Under the pieces are notes generated by a model. The model saw only the letters and a program-made list of their open reading frames with translations. It made no database searches and was not told where the DNA came from. From Octopus bimaculoides (lineage: Eukaryota), in the NCBI RefSeq assembly GCF_001194135.2, contig NC_068984.1:81497379-81543700 (forward strand): 46,322 nt of DNA, in the 5' to 3' direction. A program made the position numbers and the translations under genes. Of this stretch, positions 12,650-25,829 are shown piece after piece; the stretch's first letter is position 1, and each line of letters opens with the position of its first letter.

Positions 12650-12791
12650 GGTAACGTATTTTTCTGCAATCTATGGATAATTTATCCTGATCACGCTATT
12701 TATTAGCATTATCAAGAGTTTGAGAATTAAAAAAAATATTATTTCTCTATCTATAAATAATGATGTTTTGTGCAAGAAATTATTAATATCA

Positions 12792-12988
12792 GTTTCAAAT
12801 TTTGGCACAGAGCCAGCAGGTTTGTGGGAGCGGCTAAGTCAATTAAATCGACCCCAGTGTTCAACTGGTACTTATTTTATCTACATCGAAAGGATGCAAG
12901 GCAAAATTGAGCTCAGGTCGTAAAGACGGACGAAATGCCGCTAAGCATCTCGCTCGGCGTGCTAACGATTCAATCAGCTCGCCGCCTT
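12792..12988 (-). mobile_element. SINE family B copy
   Basis: Aligns to 5545-5757 over about 200 nt with an internal deletion. Confidence 0.8.
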
Positions 12989-13215
12989 AGAAAATATTAC
13001 TATTAAGTCGGAAGATTGGAAGGATATGGTTTCTGAGTTCGAATCCCACCGAAGTTAGTTTATATATTTCTCGTCCTTTTAGTATCGATTAAATAAAGTA
13101 CCAGACAAATATTGGGTTGAAGTTTTTCCAACTATATTACTCTGTCGAATCTAATCTGAGGTCTTGTGCTTGTATTAGAAATCATTTTGATACTACTTTA
13201 CATCAGTTTATCTCC

Positions 13216-13259
13216 TGCTGCTGTTGTTGCTGCTGCTACAACAACAACAAACAACAACA

Positions 13260-13301
<42 letters not shown>

Positions 13302-13459
13302 GTGGTTGCAGCTGCTGCTGCTGCTACTGTTGCTACTATTGCTTACTACTCCTGCTACCACTGCCGTTGTCAATAATCCTGCTGCTGCAATTACTCCTGC
13401 TTCTACTGTGATTACTCCTGCTGCTGATGCTATCACTTCTGCTGCTGCTGCTGCCGCAC

Positions 13460-13514
<55 letters not shown>

Positions 13515-13566
13515 CGATGATGATGATGATGACGATGATGATGATGATGACGATGATGATGATGAT
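13216..13566. repeat. Compound (CTG)/(CAA)/(CTA)n and (GAT)n microsatellites
   Basis: Read directly; (GAT)n spans 13461-13566. Other pure tracts: (AAG)n 11998-12043, (AAAG)n 14154-14196, (GATA)n 17001-17047, (TTC)n 38407-38489. Confidence 0.9.
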
Positions 13567-14153
13567 ACTCTTTCTCGCTCTATAAAACTACACCTTTTAA
13601 ATATAGTCAAAACGTATTTTCTCTACAGTCACCTTCATCACCTCCATCTTCTCCAGCTCTTTCTTGTTTCATTATTATTCACCTCTTCCTTAACCTTTTT
13701 CTTCCCATTATTCNNNNNNNNNNNNNNNNNNNNNNNNNNNNNNNNNNNNNNNNNNNNNNNNNNNNNNNNNNNNNNNNNNNNNNNNNNNNNNNNNNNNNNN
13801 NNNNNNNNNNNNNNNNNNNNNNNNNNNNNNNNNNNNNNNNNNNNNNNNNNNNNNNNNNNNNNNNNNNNNNNNNNNNNNNNNNNNNNNNNNNNNNNNNNNN
13901 NNNNNNNNNNNNNNNNNNNNNNNNNNNNNNNNNNNNNNNNNNNNNNNNNNNNNNNNNNNNNNNNNNNNNNNNNNNNNNNNNNNNNNNNNNNNNNNNNNNN
14001 NNNNNNNNNNNNNNNNNNNNNNNNNNNNNNNNNNNNNNNNNNNNNNNNNNNNNNNNNNNNNNNNNNNNNNNNNNNNNNNNNNNNNNNNNNNNNNNNNNNN
14101 NNNNNNNNNNNNNNNNNNNNNNNNNNNNNNNNNNNNNNNNNNNNNNNNNNNNN

Positions 14154-14196
<43 letters not shown>

Positions 14197-15547
14197 CGGG
14201 TGAAAGAAAGACAGAGTAAAAAGAAACTGAAGGAACGGATGTTACTTCCTTCCTAGACTGGAAACTAGTTTATCAAGCTGTACTTATAGAGAAATTATAA
14301 ACAGATAAACACGGGTTGTTCCCACTATCTTGAACTGGAAACTACACTGACAGGAAAGCATAAGGCCAAAAGCTAGCTGATCAGACTGTACTGCGAAGGA
14401 AAATATAAACGAACAATTACAGTGCGTTGCTCCCATCTGAGGGTTGAGACTAGTTTCTTACAATTTGTGTTTATTGTTTAGTCATTAGATAGCGTCCATG
14501 AACTTTTTGCAACCTCTGCGAGGCTTGTGTGGGAAAGGAGAAAACCAGGACTTATGCGTTGTTGTTCAGCGACAGATCAGTCCTGATCGAGCAAACACAT
14601 TATCAAAACCGTTTGAACCATGTCTATTGAATTTATCCAAGAAACACTACATCGCCTCTACACTCACGTCTGTAACGTATCTGATATGTGTAAAGTATTT
14701 TACGTCTCTACTATCCTAAAAGCTTCAATTAATACCTCTTCACGCCAACTATATTAAATATGCCAACATTAACTTAACTATTGTTTTTCTCCTTGATAGT
14801 GTCCCTGAGCAATTAATCTCAGTGATTTGTAGCTTTTTAGGTCTGGGCATGTGTAATATTGAGCTCCTACTTAGTTATTCTCTCATCCTTACATTAGTAA
14901 GTAAAGTGGAATATATGCTTCAGTAACCCAAATAAGACGAAACGTGCACCCATAACTGCCGAAACGCTTTAAATAACATTAATCATTGAGTTAAACTTGT
15001 TATTTCCTAGTCACATAATTATTTCTAATTAGAAGGTTAATGCTATATGCATTAATTATATTAACACTAACTTAATTACCTATCATATAACTAAGCTGAA
15101 AACTGAAAACCAACCAAATACTTATAAATTTTTCAGTGCTGTCACTGTTTCTAATAATGATGTATAACAACAGCTGGGTGGACGGCGCAGTTAAAATTTG
15201 GGAGCATAATGAAAACTAGTGATAAAACATTATTTGAAGAACGTTATTTGCAAATATTTAACTGATGAATGTTAAACAGACTTGTTTAGCAGCAAGTTTC
15301 TGTTGGCGTATAACTATTATAATCTAGAAACTGTGTGGAATCTTCTACAATTTATATCGGAAACTGCTTTTCATAAGCTTATAACAGCGCTGTCTGAAGT
15401 TAGAAAACACGGACGACAATAACAACTGGTTCAAAACTGCTAAGTAATCCCATCCATGGTAGGAATCGTTTAGCTGTAAAGGTTGAACTTCTCTTAAAGG
15501 TGGAAATAGCAACTGGCTAGTCACGTTGGAAAGACAATTTCGTGTAC

Positions 15548-15662
15548 CTGATTCTCATACAATATTTGTGTTGATCCCAGCAAGTTTGTAACATTTGTCA
15601 ATCCGCTGAATTTTTGTGTGTATGTGTCTGGCAAGCATATTAATTTTTCAAGACCCATATAT
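15548..15662 (-). CDS. Internal coding exon YMGLEKLICLPDTYTQKFSGLTNVTNLLGSTQILYENQ, phase 2 to phase 0
   Basis: Acceptor ttttgataattgtgcag|A, 115 nt open (1+38x3), donor CAG|gtacac. It follows a 77-nt intron and joins the phase-0 exon at 5233. Confidence 0.75.
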
Positions 15663-15739
15663 CTGCACAATTATCAAAATATCATCAAAATTTTAAGCCT
15701 TTAATTCAACAAGTACTTTGGATTGATATTCTGTCGTAC

Positions 15740-15815
15740 TTTATCTCAGACACGTCTCTCTCAGTAGTCCAGCAGCAGTCAGAAGACACGCACAGGTTCC
15801 AGTTGATTTGAGAAT
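15740..15815 (-). CDS. Internal coding exon (D)SQINWNLCVSSDCCWTTERDVSEI(K), phase 1 to phase 2
   Basis: Acceptor ggtattttttttatag|AT, 76 nt (2+24x3+2), weak donor ATAAA|gtacga. It is phase-compatible with both neighbouring exons. Confidence 0.6.
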
Positions 15816-15853
15816 CTATAAAAAAAATACCTTTTCTAGTCGTCGCACGCACG

Positions 15854-15921
<68 letters not shown>

Positions 15922-16655
15922 ATGATATAAATAATATATAAATATATGCATATATCCATACATATATGTACATACATACATCTATATGTATACAAACATG
16001 CATATATGGGTTCAGGACATAAAAAAAACGTTAAACACAATGAGAAACGAAAACATAAAAACGAAAACAGAAAACGAACTTTTTTCGAACAACGAAAAAA
16101 CAAACAAACAGAGAAACGAGACAGGCAACATAAGGAGTATAGCCTTTCGTCAGTTGTCCCTGTTCCATCTACTCCGCGTTTGCACAAACAAGTCCGAACG
16201 CTACCTACCGCTACAAGTGCAATGATCGTCTTTATTGCATGAATGGTAATACGCACAAATTTTGACAATGTTTTTAAAAGTATACTTAAGTTTATTGTTT
16301 AGAATTAAAACATGTAAGTACTATATGTTGTGTTTTATTTATTTACTTATTCACACCGAGTTTATTACTGCATAAGATGCTGTTCTACGTTGTTATCGTT
16401 CATGTTGCTGTGGTTGTGACTAATATGCAGTTTATCAGAATATTATATTTAAGATCTGTTTTAAAGTTAATATCTAAATAGGAGACTAAGACGAAAAAAA
16501 AAAAAATGTAAAAATGCATTTATTAGCCCTGATGCTTTTTTGTCCTTATTTCCCATATGGAATTTTCCATCACCGCTCCTCCAGGCCTCGGCTGCGCCCA
16601 CTTTGAAAGGTGCTGAATACATCTTGAAAGTCGTTATTGTTGTTGTGCGTGTGTA

Positions 16656-16964
16656 ACTGCCATTCCGTCGGTTACGACGACGAGTGTTCCAGTTGATCCG
16701 ATCAATGGAACAGCCTGCTCATGAAATTAACGTGCAAGTGGCTGAGCACTCTAGAGATACTCGTACCCCTAACGCAGTACTCTGTGAGATTCAGTGTGAC
16801 GCAATGTGACATAGTTAGCCCTTTGAAATATAGGTACTACTCATTTTTACTAGCTGAGTGGACGGGAGCAACGTGAGATAAAGTGTCTTGCTCAAGAACA
16901 CGGTCCAACTCACGACCTTCCGATCGCAAGCCAAATACTTTAACCACTAAGCCACGCGCCTTCA
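16656..16964 (-). mobile_element. tRNA-headed SINE family C, B box partly deleted
   Basis: A box TGGCTTAGTGGTTAAAG, core GTGTTCTTGAGCAAGACACTTTATCTCACGTTGCTC, and tail ...cagccacttgcacgttaatttcatgagcaggctgttcc...accgacgg. Decayed tails of the same type lie at ~37790-37890 and 42650-42740. Confidence 0.8.
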
Positions 16965-16999
16965 TACAAACACACACATAGACAGACAGACAGCTAGCG

Positions 17000-17048
<49 letters not shown>

Positions 17049-17100
17049 TTTATATATGTATAATAATTCTTGATTTGAAACAGTGGATCTTGAAGCACAT

Positions 17101-17212
17101 AAAGCTATAATAATAGCATGTAAATACTGGGTTGAAAATCTCTTTTGTATAGAAAAAGTCTGTACAAATAGGTTTTACAACCCAGTATTTACCAGCTATT
17201 ATTTATAGCTTT
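17101..17212. repeat. Long inverted repeat (arms of about 52 bp, 7-nt loop)
   Basis: aaagctataataatagcatgtaaatactgggttgaaaatctcttttgtatag pairs with ctgtacaaataggttttacaacccagtatttaccagctattatttatagcttt with a few mismatches and indels. Confidence 0.85.
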
Positions 17213-17288
17213 GTTTTCTTTGAAATTCACTATTCGAAAAAAGAATTATTTCACGTTCTCTCGAAAGCTTATAAATACTTATGACATT

Positions 17289-17370
<82 letters not shown>

Positions 17371-17962
17371 GGGGGGTGTCTATGTGTGTATGTATACATG
17401 CTCCTCTCAAATAGAACCGCCATTTAATTGGTGGTTGACTAGATATGATATACTTCCAACTAAGGTTTTGAAGTCAAGTCTTATACAGGTGCCGTATTTA
17501 TATAGATCGCTTGTACACTAGTGAGATATCAGATTTTCCAGCCAATTATTATTACTAACTACGATAAAATGATATTCTGTCTAGGTGGTGGTTTATCTTT
17601 CATCTGCGAATGCCACAACACTGGAACTAAGCACTGAATTCTAAGACCCCCCCCCCCCACACACACAGAGGTCATCGGAGGTATTTTCTTATACATGACA
17701 TGAATACTGAATAGAGTACCCCTAAAACGATGTTTTGGGTGAATCTAGAATCTCTAGTTTTAACCAATCGTTGTAAATCTCATCTTGACTTTGTTATCGT
17801 TATTGTAGGTGGTCGTCTGATCGAGCAGACTTATGATTAAAAGTATTACATCTACGACAAAACCGTCTTTGTCTCTCGTTCTCTTTCTCTCTCACACACA
17901 CGTACAGTCTCTCTCTCTCCCTCCCCCGTCTCTCTCTCACACACACACAGTATATCCAAATT

Positions 17963-18170
17963 GGTTTCAAATTTTTGCATAAGGCCAGAAAATTCGGGGT
18001 AAGGGGTGAGCCGGTTACATCGACCCCAGTGCTCAACTGATACTTATTGACCTCGTAAAGATGAAAATCAAAGTGAATCTGGGCGGAATTTGAACTCAGA
18101 ACGTAAGACGAACGAAATGCCGCTAAGCATTTTTCCCGGCATGCTAACGATTCTGCCAGCTCGCCGTCTT
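17963..18170 (-). mobile_element. SINE family B copy
   Basis: Near full-length alignment to the other copies, including head and central domain. Confidence 0.8.
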
Positions 18171-18774
18171 ACTCTAAGTTCACATTGTTGACACCGATGA
18201 CTTTATACCATCTTGATATGTTTTGACTTCAAAGATGGTATGTTGATCGTTAAGAGTTACAGTTTAATTCATTCTTTTGACTTTTTGTTATCAAGTCTAG
18301 AAGTCTTGAAAATATTCCAATAAAATTTTTTTTACATACAGTTCAAAGTTTTAAAATTTTCATTTGATTATTTTCAAAAATTGTAGATCTGATGTAGTTT
18401 TGTATGTTGATGACGAAAATTGCATTAATTGTTTCTAGAAATTAATAAAAACAAAAGTAACAAATTGTGTAATTTTAGCCTATCGACAATTGACTGACAC
18501 GAAGGATGTCCTGACTGTCTCCATAGAAACAGCATTCACGAAACCTTTACGTGGTCTCTCAACCTGCTATTAATAGCCAAATCTTCCTTAAAGTACATTA
18601 TAATGTCTTAAAGACAAAGTGGATGACATATTGAGCCACGGCATTGTTTATTTCCTCGCTTAAGGCCAGCCCAATAACATTTAAATTAAAGTCGGTCTAC
18701 TTGGGAGTAAAGTTTTATTGATCTCATTGCCCTTCAAGCACTTACTAGGCCCCACAAATCAATATAAAATGTAC

Positions 18775-18911
18775 CTTCTCTTTTCTTATGGTAAAATTGT
18801 TTTACAAGGTTTGATGGTGTAGAAAGAATACCATTAATACTACCAGCACCATCATCAGTACATTTCATACAATAACAATATTCTTTCTCTACCTCTTTTA
18901 TTTTAAAAAAC
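18775..18911 (-). CDS. Internal coding exon of an unidentified minus-strand gene (FFKIKEVEKEYCYCMKCTDDGAGSINGILSTPSNLVKQFYHKKRE), phase 2 to phase 1
   Basis: Minus strand has a pyrimidine-rich acceptor (tcctatttccttcttgtag|G), a 137-nt stop-free frame (1+45x3+1) and a donor GAAG|gtacat. The exit phase matches the next exon at 15815. Confidence 0.75.
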
Positions 18912-19804
18912 CTACAAGAAGGAAATAGGAATTCAAAAGATCTTCTATCGTGAATCCAATAAAAGTTTACATCTGTGGAATTTGAATTTAATTTAAATGT
19001 CATTAATAGCACTCAACAAGAAGTCCTGACTCGGTGAGGAAAGGAGCACTCGGTGACACAATGTTTCGTCCTTTTTATTTTTGTTTTTTAATGTTAGAAT
19101 GTTGATTGAGGAAGATTTAGCTGCTGTATCTTGCAAGTCAAGAGACCATGTAAAGGTTTCGTGCGTGTGTGTCGTTCCCGTGGAGACAAACAGTCATGAC
19201 ATCCGGCGTATCTGTCAGTTGACGTTGCTGATAGGTAAACATTACATAACTAATATGTGATTGTAACTTTTTTTATTATTAATTTCTAGAAAATAATCTG
19301 AAGAAAATCTAAAAACCTCAATGTGGCTGGAAGAAATTTAAGAAGATCCAAATGTTCACAATTGTTTCAATAGAACATTTTAGATTGTGTGTATCTATAA
19401 ATATAAGATCCAAGGATCGAGATGTAGGAAGAAAGTTAGCTTCAAGCAATCCATAGTAGATATAAAAAACAACTTTCAGGAACAATAGTGGTTTATTGAG
19501 ACGTAGGGTTATAGATTTTTTTGTATCGAAGTACGATAAGCTGGAAAAAAATAATTCTTTTTATATTTCACGGTAGGCAACCAGAGTTGCCGGATATGCG
19601 AATAAGAATACAAGAGTTAAGGAATGGAGTAGATAAGATCCGGGCTACATATGTTTCATAGCGAGCGGATCCTCCGAAGTGGTAACCATCCAAGCGGGAT
19701 GTATACCACAGGCTACTCGTAAGGCCAAGGGTATCTTGATTCAATGAAAGTTTACATTGTCGCAAGGAGGTACATGCTAACACACGGATAATTCGATCAA
19801 GATG

Positions 19805-21195
19805 TATATATCTTTTATCTTTTACTTGTTTCAGTCATTAGAATGCGGCATGCAGGAGCACCGCCTTGAATTTTTAGTCGAATGAATGGATTCCAGTACT
19901 TATTTTTTAGCTAAGCCCGGTGGGATCTTGTTCAAAACGGGGGCACCAGTTTTCATTTATGTTTTATGTAGTGTTTTTGGTACCGAAAGACTTTCAAATT
20001 TCGTATACTTATCTATTTTGTGTTATAGAACAGAAAAAAATTTTTGTATTCGAAGTTATTTCATGTAAAAAATTGTCTTATTTCGATAATTTCAACCAAT
20101 CACTGACAAGTATTCAGCTGTTTACAGTTACTCCTTTGGCAGTTTAAGCGGTGTAAAGCGTATTTAATCTCCATTACTTCTGACATTTTGCAGAGAGGCA
20201 ACACACGTGTGTTCGTTTTCCTTCGTTTTATTTTTAATATAATTTCGTTAACATCTGCCTGAACTGTNNNNNNNNNNNNNNNNNNNNNNNNNNNNNNNNN
20301 NNNNNNNNNNNNNNNNNNNNNNNNNNNNNNNNNNNNNNNNNNNNNNNNNNNNNNNNNNNNNNNNNNNNNNNNNNNNNNNNNNNNNNNNNNNNNNNNNNNN
20401 NNNNNNNNNNNNNNNNNNNNNNNNNNNNNNNNNNNNNNNNNNNNNNNNNNNNNNNNNNNNNNNNNNNNNNNNNNNNNNNNNNNNNNNNNNNNNNNNNNNN
20501 NNNNNNNNNNNNNNNNNNNNNNNNNNNNNNNNNNNNNNNNNNNNNNNNNNNNNNNNNNNNNNNNNNNNNNNNNNNNNNNNNNNNNNNNNNNNNNNNNNNN
20601 NNNNNNNNNNNNNNNNNNNNNNNNNNNNNNNNNNNNNNNNNNNNNNNNNNNNNNNNNNNNNNNNNNNNNNNNNNNNNNNNNNNNNNNNNNNNNNNNNNNN
20701 NNNNNNNNNNNNNNNNNNNNNNNNNNNNNNNNNNNNNNNNNNNNNNNNNNNNNNNNNNNNNNNNNNNNNNNNNNNNNNNNNNNNNNNNNNNNNNNNNNNN
20801 NNNNNNNNNNNNNNNNNNNNNNNNNNNNNNNNNNNNNNNNNNNNNNNNNNNNNNNNNNNNNNNNNNNNNNNNNNNNNNNNNNNNNNNNNNNNNNNNNNNN
20901 NNNNNNNNNNNNNNNNNNNNNNNNNNNNNNNNNNNNNNNNNNNNNNNNNNNNNNNNNNNNNNNNNNNNNNNNNNNNNNNNNNNNNNNNNNNNNNNNNNNN
21001 NNNNNNNNNNNNNNNNNNNNNNNNNNNNNNNNNNNNNNNNAATACGACACGCTTCTTTTAGTTTCCGTCTACCAAATCCACTCACAAGGCTTTAATCGGC
21101 CCGAAGCTATACTAGAAGATACTTGCCCAAAGTGCCACGGAGTGGGACTGAACCCTGAACCATGTGGTTGAGAAAAGTAAGCTTCTTCCGACACG
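19805..21195 (-). mobile_element. SINE family A copy (tail 19805-19920, head 21041-21195) interrupted by repeat E and a gap
   Basis: Both halves align to 39595-40151. Continuity across the N gap is inferred. Confidence 0.65.
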
Positions 21196-21225
21196 GCCAC
21201 GCCTGCATCTATATCTGTGTGTGTA

Positions 21226-21287
<62 letters not shown>

Positions 21288-21946
21288 CATATGCACGTAT
21301 ACAAACACACACACACATATTTACTAGCACTCACCATATATACAAACGGAATGGACCAACATAGACGGAAGATCGGTGGCTGTGGCACACACATTATAGA
21401 TGTCAGGTGTGTTTATTAAAGACACTGTGAACTTATTGACCGAATCCAGAAGATGTGTTCGCCTCTTTCCAGTTGACCTTCGTTGATAAACGTATGTCAT
21501 GTGCACTCCAAACATGATCCCCTGTCATTGCCACATTGCCTCTACATCACCACTACCCTTACCATCATTCCCACCATCGCTTTTCACTGCTCAAAGCTCA
21601 CCTTTTCTTTTTCTTGACACATACCTCTAATCAAATGTATTCTACACTTGCTACACTTTGCTACACTTTGCTTTTTACAACCCCCTCCCATCGACCCTCC
21701 CACCGGGGCACCATTTGTAATTTTTTTTTCCTTTCTCAGTGCCTTGTCTTTCTCTCAATTTCTGTTTCTCTCTCTCCCTGTCTTCTTTCTCTCTTTCTTT
21801 TTTTCTCTTTTGCTTTCCCTATATCCATTACACATATATCATAGTCATATATACACATATGTACACATGTGTGTGTATTTGCGTGTGTGTATGCATGTAC
21901 GTATCTAAACATGCATGTATGTATGTCATTCTTTCTGCCTGTATAT

Positions 21947-21997
<51 letters not shown>

Positions 21998-22309
21998 NNN
22001 NNNNNNNNNNNNNNNNNNNNNNNNNNNNNNNNNNNNNNNNNNNNNNNNNNNNNNNNNNNNNNNNNNNNNNNNNNNNNNNNNNNNNNNNNNNNNNNNNNNN
22101 NNNNNNNNNNNNNNNNNNNNNNNNNNNNNNNNNNNNNNNNNNNNNNNNNNNNNNNNNNNNNNNNNNNNNNNNNNNNNNNNNNNNNNNNNNNNNNNNNNNN
22201 NNNNNNNNNNNNNNNNNNNNNNNNNNNNNNNNNNNNNNNNNNNNNNNNNNNNNNNNNNNNNNNNNNNNNNNNNNNNNNNNNNNNNNNNNNNNNNNNNNNN
22301 NNNNNNNNN

Positions 22310-22362
<53 letters not shown>

Positions 22363-24559
22363 CATACATATATAGATATATAGATATACACACACATACA
22401 CACATATATACACACATTTCTATATACATATATATAGATATATACACACATATACACACATATAAATGCATACTTACACACGCACATATACATACATATG
22501 CATACCGATACATACATACGTGCACGCAAACACACACAGTCTTTCAGATGACATCTCCCTCTTTCTCCTCCTCCATCTCCTCCTCGACTTATCACCTCCC
22601 ATCTCTCCCACTCCTATCATCTCTCTATCTAGCAAAGTCTTTATCATTCGTCCATCTTACTTATCCACCATCTTACCTACCACCCATATCCAATCTGCCC
22701 ACCTACTACCCGCCTTTCTACCTGTTTGCATACCTAGCAACCGACCTGCCAACAGACATTTTTTTCCACCTTTACATCTCGTTAAATTCATGTTGATACG
22801 ACACGAACTCATACACACACATACTGTGCCGTCTGTTTCTCTTCTCCTAGAAGCTCTATAGATTCACATACTACATCACAAATGTCACTTGTGTTGCATT
22901 TATGCATGTATTTCCAGATATGTATCTTAATGTGTATGTATGTATGTATGTATGTATGTATGTATATCCATGTATAAGGATGTATATGTGTATATCTATA
23001 TATATATATATATAAATGTGTATGAATGTATATTTGTATGCATGTATATGGATGCATATGTATGTATATGTGTATGTGTGTGTTTGTGTATGTGTGTGTG
23101 TGTTCAAGTATGCATCCTCTTGTATGTTTTTGTATGCATATGTATATTTCTATAAAACATTTATATAAAATTAAGTTCACTTCCATTTAAATATTAAAAA
23201 AGAAAATTAATTTCACATTTCTAGTACATTCCCTCTTAAACGTGTCTGGCTATACATGTATACGTGCATACAATGCGTACACACATTACATACATATGTC
23301 TATGCATACATACATACATACATACATACATACATACATACATACATACATACATGCAAAAACATACACTGTTTGAAATAGATCTCAGTTCATTAGCAAA
23401 TTAATTAATTAATATATAGGTTAAAATCTTTAGTGGCAATTTTCCAAGTGATTTGGAATGCGATTTTCACTTTCATAATGTACTTATTTTTTGCATATAG
23501 GCACAAGCCCATGCACAATTTGGAGGTGGGGGGTATAGCCGATTATCTCGCTTCCAGTATTTGACTGGAATTTCATTTTACTCAAAATGAGGAGAATTAA
23601 AATCGATTTTGAAACGATTTGAACTCAGAACTCAAAGCGATATATCGGAGGGAAACTTGACTATCACTCGGTCGATTTCACCATCCTTCTGTTCTCGCAT
23701 AATATTTTTGTTATTGTTAATTCCAAACCAGCCCTGCTCAATAGTCCTATGGCGCTCGAGTAGTCGGTTGAATGGTGAAGCGCGATCCACCGATTCATTT
23801 TCTCAATAACACCACATCCCTGCTTAACTGAGATCCATACTGCAGAGCCCGACAAGTTTGCCGCCCACCACCACCACCACGTCCCCAAGCCTATATAAGC
23901 TTATACAGTTGATTCAAAGGTGCCGCCCCTATAAAAGTGTCACCCAGGGCGGATTATCCTTTCGCCTAGCTACGCTACTGGTTGCATATGTTTCTAGAGG
24001 TTTTGAGGTGTTTTTTTTTATAAATATAATGCAGGGACTGTGAAGGTCGAAGCACTAGGCTATGTCCTTCGCATGTCCAGGTAGTAGTTTTTCATTCTAA
24101 GCAGTTTTGCTTTCTTATGCAGACAATCTGTGTACAACGTTGAGATACCACGTGCGCTGTTTTTATTTTATTTGTACTCCGTAGTTCATTGTGCTTTGTA
24201 GTTGGGAGATTAGGGGCTCAGGTTAAATTTGAACACCCCGTGAAGGTTCTAATAATTGATTGTACACTGCTTTTGTTATCTGCCTGTTGGCCAGTTTGGT
24301 ACCAGAAATTGCTCTAAATATGTTTACATTTTGTTTCTTTTTTTTTTTTTTACTTTCATCTATTTGCTCTGTAAATATTGAGAGTGATGTTGTATATAAC
24401 TCCTAGTTTTTTTCTTTCTCTCATCTCCCTCTATCTCTCATCTCTCCTTCTCTCTCTCTCTCTCATCATCTCCCTCTCTCTCCGCTCTCTCACCCCCTCT
24501 CTCTCTCTTTCTATATATATATATATTGGTGTGTGCGTGTGTATGTTTAGTGTGAAGGC

Positions 24560-24930
24560 TGGCTGTATATGATGCTCTCTGGTGTTGCTGGTGAGAAGAG
24601 AGATAATGAGCTTTATAGGTGTTGCTTTAAGTTTGTTGTCTTATCTTCAAACCAGGTATCCAGGTGATTTGTGTCGAGTTGAAGTAGTATTCGAGCAAAA
24701 CCAGGTTGAATGGCGAGAGGATGTAAATGGAATGTCATGTACGTATCAGATTGTTCATCTACTTTGAGTATGTATAATCTGTTGAGATTTTTCGAGAAAT
24801 ATTTGATACGTACGTTTGGTCGGTGTGCAATTTTTTTCCTTTCCATTCTCATTCTGTGCTGGACTGCACAACAGTCAATTAGTTTGTCAGAGTCCTTTTC
24901 CTTGCCATTCGCAAGCTCACCGATGATGTA
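24560..24930 (-). mobile_element. Possible decayed Ingi/Vingi-like RT fragment
   Basis: A stop-free stretch of about 105 codons contains IDCCAVQ, TFHLH, LLQLD and LKQHL, spaced like the ADDICCA.Q / FHLHN / YLGVTLD / F.EHL run I recall for Vingi-type RTs. Matched by eye only. Confidence 0.4.
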
Positions 24931-25321
24931 CTCTGGTTACGTTACTCCAGATCTATCACGCTGGCAAGACAACCCTCCAAAAATACATCTGTTATAGTAA
25001 ACGATTTCACTTCTTGTAAATCAAGTACTAAAACTATGAGTTCGTGTGTGCGTGCTCGTGGCAGTCTAAATGTGCATTAGAAATCATTATATTCATATTG
25101 AATAGGTATTCAAATTTGTTGGTGGTGCATGAAAGATTGGCTCACAGAAGGGGATGTTGATTGCTCCAATAAAAACAGTGTTTGTTCAGTGAATAGAGGA
25201 ACGGTTTAATAAATGGATGAGTAGTTTAACAAATAAATGAGGTTAAGCGAAAAGCATTTCCTTAGTTTCGTTAAAACTATAAAGAAAAAGACAGAACTTT
25301 TGTTTCCTTCCCACACACCCG

Positions 25322-25363
<42 letters not shown>

Positions 25364-25730
25364 NNNNNNNNNNNNNNNNNNNNNNNNNNNNNNNNNNNNN
25401 NNNNNNNNNNNNNNNNNNNNNNNNNNNNNNNNNNNNNNNNNNNNNNNNNNNNNNNNNNNNNNNNNNNNNNNNNNNNNNNNNNNNNNNNNNNNNNNNNNNN
25501 NNNNNNNNNNNNNNNNNNNNNNNNNNNNNNNNNNNNNNNNNNNNNNNNNNNNNNNNNNNNNNNNNNNNNNNNNNNNNNNNNNNNNNNNNNNNNNNNNNNN
25601 NNNNNNNNNNNNNNNNNNNNNNNNNNNNNNNNNNNNNNNNNNNNNNNNNNNNNNNNNNNNNNNNNNNNNNNNNNNNNNNNNNNNNNNNNNNNNNNNNNNN
25701 NNNNNNNTATATATATACATATATATATAT

Positions 25731-25774
<44 letters not shown>

Positions 25775-25829
25775 GTATATATGTTGGTTACTGTTATATG
25801 TATGTAAATTTACTGGTGAACTGCTTTCT

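Noticed and set aside
14498-14719. 73-aa ORF that superficially resembled a CR1 C-terminus
   Set aside because: 14555-14660 is explained by a minus-strand copy of repeat family D.
14911-14960. cccaaataagacgaaacgtgcacc resembles minimal Penelope/Schistosoma-type hammerhead ribozymes
   Set aside because: The CUGANGA core is absent (cttcagtaa) and the cleavage triplet is not intact. At best a decayed relic or a chance match.
21316-21515. Strong minus-strand donor ATATG|gtgagt with an open frame upstream
   Set aside because: There is no polypyrimidine acceptor, the phase does not cleanly link the called exons, and GKRRTHLLDSVNK looks like a decayed RTE C-terminus.
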